The notes beneath the pieces were generated by a model. It was not told the DNA's origin. It saw nothing but the letters and a program-made list of their open reading frames with translations, and made no database searches. This document shows positions 33,488 to 44,300 of a DNA stretch of 45,384 nucleotides, one piece after another. The stretch covers positions 1 through 45,384 of the forward strand of contig LT649288.1 of assembly GCA_900128395.1 (NCBI GenBank), read 5' to 3'. A program made the translations under genes and the position numbers. Source of the stretch: Stramenopiles sp. TOSAG23-2 (lineage: Eukaryota). The stretch's first letter is position 1. Every line of letters begins with the position of its first letter.

Positions 33488-35789
33488 ATGAAACTATTTT
33501 TTATAACATTAATAATATCCATTAACATTATTGACATTGCTGATGCAGGAAAAGTAACATCATCTTCCTTATATAATAACAATAATAATTTATGTCAAAA
33601 CGTAAACCGTAATGTATTGTCAACAAATATAACTTTTACACAACGAGATCAATATCAACAACAATTGTTGAAAAAAGCACCAACGGCAGCAACAATGGCT
33701 AAATCAAATGGTGCTCCAAGACCACACATTGTCATGGCATTATTTGATGATTTAGGTGCAAATGATTTAGGAATATTTTCAGGTGGAATTCAAACTCCTA
33801 AAACACCTTTTATGGATAGTTTAATGCGAGAAGGCATCCGCTTGAAGCAGTATTATGTACAACCAATTTGCTCACCAACACGATCGGCATTGATGACTGG
33901 AAGGTACCCAATGCGTAATGGAGGACAACATGGAGTAGGGATGGCAAGTGATGCTACATGGATCCCAGAAGATGAAGTAACATTATGTGAACGCCTTAGT
34001 AAGTTAGGATATACATGTAAAGGTTCTGGAAAATGGCATTTGGGACATGGCCATTTTAAATATACTCCAACTGGACGTGGATTTAAAGATTTCTTCGGGC
34101 CATATCATGGAGGTGCAGATCATTGGGAACATATAGCATGGTTAGGAGGTGGTCCACATAGGGATGCCATACGCCGTAGCCAACATGTTGGTGAAGATTC
34201 GAATGGAAATGGTGCAATGTATTACCAGGGCCGAGCGAAAACAACTACACTTGATCATAAACATGGAAGATATGAACGAGATGGAAGATATATACATGAA
34301 CATATTACACAAGATAATATGACTCATAGTTCAGATGCATTTACACGAGAAGCTGTACGTATGATATGGAATCATGATGAAACAAAGGGTGATGGCCAGC
34401 TTTTCTTATATTTACCATTTACCGCGCCACATTGGCCAACACAATTTTACCAACAAGATGCAGATATCAATTCACACATACCTAGTAAGAAGAGACGCGA
34501 ATTTGCAGGGATGATCACACATTTAGATCGTTGTATTCAGCAAATTGTAGAGACATTGAAACGTAAAAATATGTGGAGTAATACATTGTTTATTGCATAT
34601 GGTGATAATGGCGGTGATATTACCACTGGGGCTTCGAATTGGCCATATCGTGGAACAAAAACAACTCCATGGGAAGGTGGTACACGAGCTGCATCGTTTG
34701 TTCATTCTCCAAACCCAGCTGTCATACCAATCGAAAGAAGAGGGACGGAATCATATGCACTTGCACATGTAACCGATTGGTATCCAACCCTTTTAAGTCT
34801 TGCAGGCGTGCGAAGCGAAGATCTTGCAGTGCCAGGGAAACCATTGGATGGAGTAAATATGTGGGAAGGATTGGTAAATGGAAAGTATGATCCAGGAAAT
34901 GGCCAACGAATTGAGATGTTGTATGAATTAGATGATGTTGTTCATCCTATGGGAGAAGCCAAGTTTTTAACCCGTGCAACAAATGCATTTGTAAATGTAA
35001 CTACGTTACGTATCGGTGATTGGAAATTAATTGATGGATATCCAGGACGTGGAGATTGGTATGGGGAAGATCCTTCAAAAGCATGGCCGGTTGATTATTA
35101 GTACCCAGGTCTACATTGTCTAATGTTACGTTATGGAAATTCATTAGGCGGAAAAGTTGGTGATGGTGGGCAAAGAGATTTTTTAGAATATGGTGATACG
35201 TCCAAATTTAAACGAAGGTGGTTATTTAATTTGGCAAAAGATCCAACAGAACAGCATGATTTGCAATTTGAGCATCCTGAAATGGTAGAAAAATTATTGA
35301 AAAGAATCAATCAATTAAAATCAGAACAATTATATCATGGGTCCAGATGTAACAGATTACAATGCAATACCTTTAAGTTTAGGTGGAAAAGTTGGTGATG
35401 GTGGGCAAAGAGATTTTTTAGAAAATGGTGATACATCCAAATTTAAACGAAGGTGGTTATTTAATTTGGCAAAAGATCCAACCGAACAGCATGATTTGCA
35501 ATTTGAACATCCTGAAATGGTAGAAAAATTATTGAAAAGAATCAATCAATTAAAATCAGAACAAGTTGAACCAATTCAAGTTGGCGCGATGAATTATTTC
35601 AAAGGTAGAGGTGCAGCACCTCCAGATTTTAATTTCGCTATGGGAAGGTCATCTGGCCGTGTGGAACCAATAGCAGATGTGTGGGATAAAAACGGGATGC
35701 CAGCAAATACAAAATATTTACTTGATGGGGAAGAAGCAGATATTTATTCTCCAACAGAAATGAGACAAAGAAGACAATCGAAATTGTAA
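33488..35789 (+). CDS. S1 (formylglycine) sulfatase, arylsulfatase B/I/J-like; true CDS probably 33488-35098 + 35334-35789
   Basis: DDLG, CSPTR, LMTGRY, GKWHLG, GDNGG, WEGG, HVTDWYPT, LFNLAKDPTE; removing 35099-35333 restores PVDY-IMGPDV in frame. Confidence 0.92.
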
Positions 35790-36556
35790 TTAACTCCATG
35801 TTATTAAAAATATATATATTTAAATATATATATATAAGTGTAAATAAGAGAATTTTTTATATATAAGTGTGGTGGATTTGTGCAACACACACAATTTTTT
35901 AATTTTTAAAAAGAAGAAGAAAGCCTGGAAAGCGCAAAAACACCTTTTTGTAAAAATTAATTTTTATACAAAATTTTGTTCAGAATGGAACACCGTGTAC
36001 GAACGGGTTCGTTCGCGTATTAAATTACGCTTCGTACAAAATTTTGTAATATTATTTGACCACACTTTTCTATCTCTCTTTTTTTTGCCACATGTACTCA
36101 TTTTATAATTTGTAATCGGTTTTTTATATACCAGCTTCCTCTTTGATCACAGTCAACTCCGCATCTAATTCAAACTTGATGGGGAAGAAGCAGATATTTA
36201 TTCTCCAACAGAAATGAGACAAAGAAGAGAATCGAAATTGTAATTTAACTCCATATTATTTTAAAAAATATATAAGTGTGTGGATTTGTGCAACACACAC
36301 AAAAAATTTTAATTTTTACGAAGTTCCCAAAAACACCTTTTTGTAAAAAATTAATTTTTACAAAATTTTGTTCAGAATGGAACACCGTGTATTTAATACC
36401 AAAAAAATTTTAATAAACTGTTTTTTACACAAGACCACATTTTTCTCTCTCTCTTTTTTTCGCCACACATGTGTCATCATTTTTTTTAATTTTTGTGTTG
36501 TGGTTTTTTATATACCAGCTTCCTCTTTGATCACAGTCAACTCCGCATCTAATTCA
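35720..36556. repeat. two diverged tandem copies of the sulfatase-end / spacer / next-gene-end segment
   Basis: Copy 1 is 35720-36172 and copy 2 is 36174-36556; coding ends nearly identical, spacer rich in indels. Confidence 0.85.
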
Positions 36557-37071
36557 TTAAGTTGTTTCATTAACCATTTTTTTCTACGTAACATTTCTTC
36601 GACATTTTTTTCTTCACGTTCTACTTCTGCCCTTGTTGTATTCGTTCTTGCTGTAATGCTTCTAGCAGATGAATCATGTGTTCTTGCTGAAAATTTTGGA
36701 TCAAAAAATGGTTCACGATCATAATCAAAAGCACGTCTACTCATTTCAGCTAATGACGATGCATCTGATCTTCTACTTGTTGACATTTGACTACGTCCAG
36801 TATATTGACTTCTTGCACTCATCATACTTCTACTACTGTTTAATTTTCTAGTATTATTATTACCATTGCGACGTTTTTTATGTTTGATTTTTTTACTGTC
36901 GCTTCGTGCACTTTGTACCAATGGATTCCGTGCTTTTGAAAATTTATTCATACCATTTTTTACCATTAATGAACGGTATTTATCTTCCCGATCATATATA
37001 TCAGATAAAAACCTCGATTGTTGTACATTTAATTGTTTATGCCCATCGGATGGTACTTTCTTATTTGCCAT
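36508..37071 (-). CDS. hypothetical basic Ser/Arg-rich protein (187 aa) with a C-terminal coiled coil
   Basis: ATG-TAA ORF; repeated SAR/TAR motifs. Confidence 0.75.
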   Translation of the reverse strand: MANKKVPSDGHKQLNVQQSRFLSDIYDREDKYRSLMVKNGMNKFSKARNPLVQSARSDSKKIKHKKRRNGNNNTRKLNSSRSMMSARSQYTGRSQMSTSRRSDASSLAEMSRRAFDYDREPFFDPKFSARTHDSSARSITARTNTTRAEVEREEKNVEEMLRRKKWLMKQLNELDAELTVIKEEAGI

Positions 37072-38069
37072 GATCTATATATATATATATGGTTATATAT
37101 TATCTTTTAAAATTGTATATTATAGTATTTAGTACGTATACATACGTATATGTGATATTGATGTTGTATGGATGTTGTATATAGATGTTCATGATGTATC
37201 TGTGGATCTCTACAAACATTGGCCAATGCAACCAATGTGCACATTTACATGTAAAATATATATATATTACAGGTATTTTTTTTCTAACGGCAATAAGGAA
37301 TTGGAAGCTATGGTGCAAGAATTGAAGAGAAACAATTCAGCATGTGGATCTCTACAAACATTGGCCAATGCAACCAATGTGCACATTTACATGTAAAATA
37401 TATATATATTACAGGTATTTTTTTTCTAACGGCAATAATAATAACTATTTCAAACACCCAAAATTCCATAAAATACCCTACAATCCGTCACATTTAGTAC
37501 TAAAATATCCGATATTATGCTAACAAATCGACCATAGCTATATGAGTATAATACAATAAGTGATTTAGATTTAGATTGGGAAAAACTTCTATTCCAAAAT
37601 ATCCAGGTAAGCAAGTGTTTTGTTCCATAAAAACATCATTTGTCTACTATATTCTATAGTTAAATTATATATTTTCCCCTATATACTAAAATAGAACTGT
37701 TTGTCACATGTCACATAATAAGGGAAAATTCAAGCCCAGCAAACCACAAAAAATAATAATAATCCATATTTGATGACAATTGAATCAACCAATATTATAT
37801 ATTTGTAATAGGAAAAGTGTAAAAGGTCAAAGATGGTAACCAATATATACAATTGATTCAGGAATAAATATAATTTATATATATATATAATACATCTATA
37901 TCTGTTTAACAAAATTTAACAAAAGAAGAAACATCATGAAATATTCATTTACAATCGCTTTGTATTTATTTTTATCTGTATTTACCATTCATGTAGCACC
38001 GACCACATCTTTATATATATATAATACATCTATATCTGTTTAACAAAATTTAACAAAAGAAGAAACATC

Positions 38070-38738
38070 ATGAAATATTCATTTACAATCGCTTTGTATT
38101 TATTTTTATCTGTATTTACCATTCATGTAGCACCGACCACATCTTTGTATTTTTTAGTAACACAAGGTGTAAAACGTTGTTTTTTGGAGGAAGTGCCTGC
38201 GCATACAGTAGTTGTCGGTGTATATCAAAATCCTGAGTTAGATACGGACGGGACGTTGGATAAATATGGAAAACCGATTGGCATTAGCATTACTGTATTG
38301 AAAGAATCCTCCAAAGTGATATTGCAAGAAAATGCAGATGTTGATGGACGTTTTGCATTTACTTCCGAAGAGGAAGGTGTATTTGAAATTTGCATGGAAG
38401 TGAACAGAACAACTGGTTGGTTTGGTGAACCAAAGAAATTTAAATTTCATTTAGACATTCAAGTAGGCGAATCTAGTATCGATTATACCGCATTAGCAAA
38501 AAAAGAACATTTAAGCGATGTAGAGGTTCGTGTGCGTAAATTAGCAGATAGGATAACATCAATAACAAATGAAATGCATTATCAACGTAAACGTGAAGAA
38601 GAATTTCGTAATACATCTGAAAGCACAAATTCACGTGTTATGTGGTGGTCAATCTTTCAAACATCTATTATGTTATTTTCAACATTATGGCAAATAAGAC
38701 ATTTAAAAACGTTTTTCGAAGAGAAAAAATTGGTTTAA
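38070..38738 (+). CDS. TMED9: p24/emp24/gp25L family alpha-subfamily cargo receptor (TMED4/9-like)
   Basis: Signal peptide, KRCFLEEVP, GRFAFTS, REEEFRNTSESTNSRVMWWS, terminal FFEEKKLV. Confidence 0.93.
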   Translation: MKYSFTIALYLFLSVFTIHVAPTTSLYFLVTQGVKRCFLEEVPAHTVVVGVYQNPELDTDGTLDKYGKPIGISITVLKESSKVILQENADVDGRFAFTSEEEGVFEICMEVNRTTGWFGEPKKFKFHLDIQVGESSIDYTALAKKEHLSDVEVRVRKLADRITSITNEMHYQRKREEEFRNTSESTNSRVMWWSIFQTSIMLFSTLWQIRHLKTFFEEKKLV

Positions 38739-39126
38739 AATTTAGATCTATATATGTATCAATTCACGTGTGTGTGTGTGTGTGTGTGAGCGAGAGAGAG
38801 AGAGAGAGAGAGAGAAGATAAAAAATATCTCTAGTAATAAAATTGGTTTAAAATTTAGATCTATATATGTATCAATTCACGTGTGTGTGTGTGTGTGTGT
38901 GAGCGAGAGAGAGAGAGAGAGAGAGAGAAGATAAAAAATATCTCTAGTAATTTTTACTATCATATTTACACACATCATATTCAAATCGTATCGGTATCAT
39001 ATCATATCATAGACTATCGTATATATTTACCATATATCATATATATATCACATTTAATCATACGGATATTACATTATTTTACAATAATACACACACACAA
39101 ACACAACCCCTTCTTTGACTTTCTTT

Positions 39127-40649
39127 CTACATGCCATTGCTACTAGTATTATCTGGACTATTAGTATTAAACTCTCGCCATTGCCTTGATTCAACACTAC
39201 TATTGTTTATGAAATAATTTGCATCTTTATGGACAATCCAAGATGCTCTTCCAATACGTTGGTTTGTCTTGCCAAATGCAATATAGTATTAAACTCTCGC
39301 CATTGCCTTGATTCAACACTACTATTGTTTATGAAATAATTTGCATCTTTATGGACAATCCAAGATGCTCTTCCAATACGTTGGTTTGTCTTGCCAAATG
39401 CAATATTTTTATTACGTCCAGGTTTAGCATTTTTCTTTGTACGACTTTTGTTTTTTCTATTGTAACTACCATTTGTATGGCGTATAGCTAACTTTGGTGA
39501 CGTTTGACTGCTACTGCTATTGGAATATGTTGGTGAATTATTATTACCATTATTTCTATTATTATTATTTCCTAACATTACCTTTTGTTTAGCAATTTGA
39601 CTTTTTCGTCGTAATATTTGCAATTCTTTTTTATCCATACCACTTATGATCTCATCATCGTATTCTTCAATAAATTCATTACGAAGCTGTTGTTGCTGAC
39701 GAGGAGACCGTTGTTTATGGTTCATATATCTATCTGCCATGGATGAAGCGAATGATTGGTTGCTATCGAACCTATCATTTCCATGTTGATTTTGAAAAGA
39801 TAAATACGACGAAGAAGATTGTGGCGGTGGACTATTATTGTAGTTGTTGTTGTTATTATTATTATTATTATAGTTGAATGAATCATTATTACTATACATG
39901 GCATATTGTTCTTGGTGTTGCTGGTATTGATGCTGTTGTGTCGTCATTTGGCGGTTGTTGATGTTTTGTTGTCTTCTATTTAACAAATGAATTTGATTCA
40001 TATTTGGTAAATTCTGAACTTGTGGCGGTGGTGACGGCAAAGTTGATGTTTTATTGTTATTACCTAATTCCTGTTTTCTTTTTATATTAGTACTATGTGC
40101 AATTGTAGCTCCTTCCGCTGCAACTTGTTTAATTGCTAATGCTAACGCTTTTGAAGTTTCCACTTCTTGTATCATTTCATAATATTTTTCTCTTAAATCA
40201 GTAAATGCATTTTCTAAGTTTTCTATTTTTGTATCCCTATCCTTTATACCAACAAACAATTGATTTTTGAAAGTCTTCAAGCGTTCATTTTCATTTTTCA
40301 GTGTAATATTGTCATCACTTACAGTTAGAAAGTCCTTGTCTTTTTTACGCAGTTCTACGACCAATTCATCTTCCTTCTGTTTTAACAAATTCTTCAGCTG
40401 GTCCACTTCACGTCCTAATTTAATGTTATCTTCAGTCATTGCCTGGAAAGTAGCATGTTTAGCACCTATACTAGACACGTGATCCAGTAGTTGATCTCGC
40501 TCTTCGCGTAAATCTTTCATTTGTTGATTTTGTTCACGTACTTGTGATAATAAACTTGCATTTTGCTGTGCAAACTTTGAGGCAGTTAAATCGTTAGAAC
40601 TTGCTAACGGTGGTGGTGTTGGACCAGCGGGTGGTGGTGTTTGTTGCAT
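39127..40649 (-). CDS. hypothetical coiled-coil / Gln-Asn-rich protein; 3' end disrupted by a 122-bp duplication
   Basis: Collapsing the 39162/39284 duplicate gives ...QWREFNTNSPDNTSSNGM-TAG (stop 39127-39129) in place of the frameshifted tail ending at 39207. Confidence 0.8.
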
Positions 40650-41314
40650 ATTTCTGATTTCAGTTGTAATTCTTTTATGCTTTTATTTCGCTTTCAACGT
40701 AACACAATTACGTGGTACAAAAATTGCTGCAAAAATGAATTCTATTGAAGGAAATAGACGTATAATAACTGTTTATGTAGAAAAAAGTCAGTTGAGTATA
40801 TGTTATTGTAAAAACACACCACCATGATACTATACTATTATATACTACTACCATTTTTCTTTTTTTTTTTTGTGGTTGGTGATGTAAACTGGTAAATATT
40901 GTGTATTATATTATACAATTGTGCAATGGTGTGTGGTGTTATTATTTTGTTATTGCTTTGCAAAAGTCTGGCATTTTACAGTATTGAACCACCGCGATTA
41001 GCTATAGAAAAACACTAGTAAAACATAATACTAGATATTAATAGATTAAGATATATTAATGCTGTGTTTAACCTATTAAAAAATATTTGCCTATTTGCCC
41101 CCCATAATTTAAAAAATCGAATCTCAAAATCGGAATTGTGGTGCGAATCGGCGGAAAGAGATAGAGAAAACAAGAGGAAATATCATGATAAAAAATCAAA
41201 ACATTTTTCGTACGAATATATAAAATGTTCTCTTACTCACGTACGAATATAATATATATATAGTGGTGCGACAAAACACACACACTAATATTAACTCAAT
41301 CTTTCTATCTTTTT

Positions 41315-44300
41315 TTAATACTCTTCCACTAGCAAATTCTTCATATAATCTTTCATAATTCTTTCCGGTTTATTATAATATTCACCACGCTCCTTTGATT
41401 CAAATAAAAATTCTTCTGCAGTAGAATATTTAGTACTATAATTTTCAATTTCACTTTGACGTAATCCAGTTACGTCGAAAATTTTCTCATTTGAATCATT
41501 TTCATAACATGCATCTGTATATCGGTCTATGGCAACATACGATTTGTAAATACCAACACTCTCATCTCCGATTTTATATGTATCAATAGAATGATTAGAT
41601 GAATCCAGCATTGATTTATCCATTGATAAATCATGGTCACCCTCTATTAAATAATCATCCTCCACTATCATTGATACACTGCCTTTATTAAATTCTTTCT
41701 TCAAACTTTTTGCATCTACATTATCATTTGGTTTATTATACTGCATATCCTTATTATTATTATTTGTCACTAAATCAGATGTTTGCAACGGCTTATCATT
41801 ACTTGTGATTGGATATTTATATTTTCCATAGACTTGTTTAGTTAATGTATCGAATCCTAAAGCAGTTTTACTATTGTCATTATCATTATTAATCGGATCT
41901 GGTGATGGGTTCCGATTAAAAAAAGAAAATCGCCTTTCCGACTTGGTAGTAATTTCTTCCTCTATATCGTCCTCCTCCTCAATATCGCCATCTCCCTCTG
42001 GTTCTTCAGCGGTTAAAGTACTATAATCAATGCTTTGATTTCTAAGCATTTTTAGAAATTCTTTATTATTGTGTTTCCCAATGGTATTTTGATTGCTTAT
42101 CATGAAATTATTATCGGAAACAGAGCTTGTACTATAACTTTTGTTCTTTATTCCGATTGATGAATTATATAAACTCTGTTTTGAATCACTCATAATAGAA
42201 TTACTTTTTGCATCTCTAACTTCGGTTACTTTCAAACTTCCACCGCCTCCAATGGGACTTCCAATCATTATACTGCTATTGGTCATAGCACTGCCACAAA
42301 GTGCACTAAATTTAATATTACCTTGCTTTCCAAAAATTACATCTTCCATAACAGGTGGTGTATCTGCGTATGGATCCCAGCTTGGTTGGTTGATAATAAA
42401 TTCACCATCTTTAGACAGTGATGTGTATGGTTTTTCATATTCACGGTCATCTTTCCATAATGGAAATTCCGTTTTAATTATGTCATGTTTAATATCAACG
42501 AATGGATTACCCTTTAATAAATCAATTACCCAATGCAACACGTTATTATCTAATCCACGCTCGCTTAATGATAAAATTGCTCGTTCTTCCTCCAGTTGCT
42601 TTGACAAACACATTTGGCGACCATGCCTGTTATGATCTATTGCTAATTCAGTAAGTTGTACATATGTTTTTGCATCATCAAAGCACTCGTATGTATTTGT
42701 ATAACGAGATGATGATGATGAGAAATGGCTAGCACTATTGGTGCCATCATCACTCTCTTTCACTTCTTCTTCTTCCTCTACTGTTTCTTCTACCGTATCA
42801 AGTGGAGTTTCTGACCACCATTTTCGAGACATTTTTTCATAACTTGGGACATAGTCCTGCAAGTGTAACTTATTATGCCAATAATAATCGCCATCTCTTT
42901 CCCATACTTTTTTTGGCGGACCCTCTAATGGCATGATACTTTTAATATAGTGTTCAGACGTATGTATTGATGGAATAAAATGTCCTAACACTAAATTTAT
43001 AGCATCTTGTTTTAATTTATCTGTGAAAGAATTGCTGTAATAACGACGTATGGACGTTAATACCTCCGCAGAACGTGAATTACTATTTACATCTTTACCA
43101 ACAGGCTGCCCAGAAACTTTTTTATGTGCTTGTGATCCTGCATATTGCATCGATATACGGTCACCTAAACGTTCATACATAAGCATGACTACTCTAACAA
43201 CAGGTGCATGATCATCTAATGAAACATCTTTTGCATCCATGCTGCTATTTGGGGCACGCATATCAATACCCATGGACCATAATTGTTTACCCAATACGCG
43301 TAATCCCATATAAAATTGTGCTACATTGGTTCTATCTAAGCAATCAATGCAATTTACACGCAAGACGCCTGCTTGTAACATGACATTGTAATTTGCATCA
43401 CTAACTTTTTCCTCTTGTGGATCGTTCATTTTGTTGTTGCTATCATTATCAGAAGTTTTTTTATATTTTAAGACAGATTCTTCTTCAAATGGTGAATGAA
43501 AATCGGTACCACGATTGATTAAACCAATCGTTAATTCCTGCATCTTTATCATTGCTTCAAATAATGTACTAACTCTATCTCCTGAACGCAACACAAATTT
43601 GTCATTTTCTTTCCACAAGACTATATGATTCAAACTGTAATTATCGCTACAGACTGTTGTTACAACCATTTCTCCATGGTATTCCCAAAACATAAATGTA
43701 CCACAACTTCGATCTTTCATCTTAATTATAACATGTGCTAATTTACATGCACCATGATAATATTTAATAGCAATTTTATCGATGCCATTGTTATTTTTTG
43801 AAGACGATGCATCATTAGAGTCAATGGAATGATCATCCATATGTTTATCAACTAAATCATCAAAACTGATGGAAACACTATTATTTTTATTTGAAGGCAA
43901 ATTACGTTTAGCATTATACAAAAAATAATCAGTTTCCTTTAAAGAAGTTTCTGCACATTCAGCCAAAGCATCTAAATGATAATGTCCACGGCCTGCTTTT
44001 TGTAAATGTTTGTAATCTAGTTCTAAATATGTCACTTTGTTCTTTGCTGGTGTGGTTATATTAATGCTTTGTATCGCTTCCCGAAAACGACTTCCTACAA
44101 GAATTTCACGTGGCTTCTTTTCCTTCAGACGTACTAAATTCAAACATGTTATCGGAGCACCATAACGTGAAATCATATCTTCTAAATGCATTTTGGTACT
44201 GAAAAAAAATGGATCTAATGGCAAAGGTACATTTTCTGCACCTTTTGATTGTGCTAATATAATATCTGGCTTTGGATCAGTTGCGCTTGTTTTTTGTGTC

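Noticed and set aside
35099-35398. Sulfatase as a pseudogene or split gene
   Set aside because: Removing the 235-nt duplicate restores a continuous frame; the stop arises from the complemented block
37172-37396. 74-aa ORF containing NKELEAMVQELKRNNSA
   Set aside because: Chimeric product of the 51-nt insert and the flanking repeats
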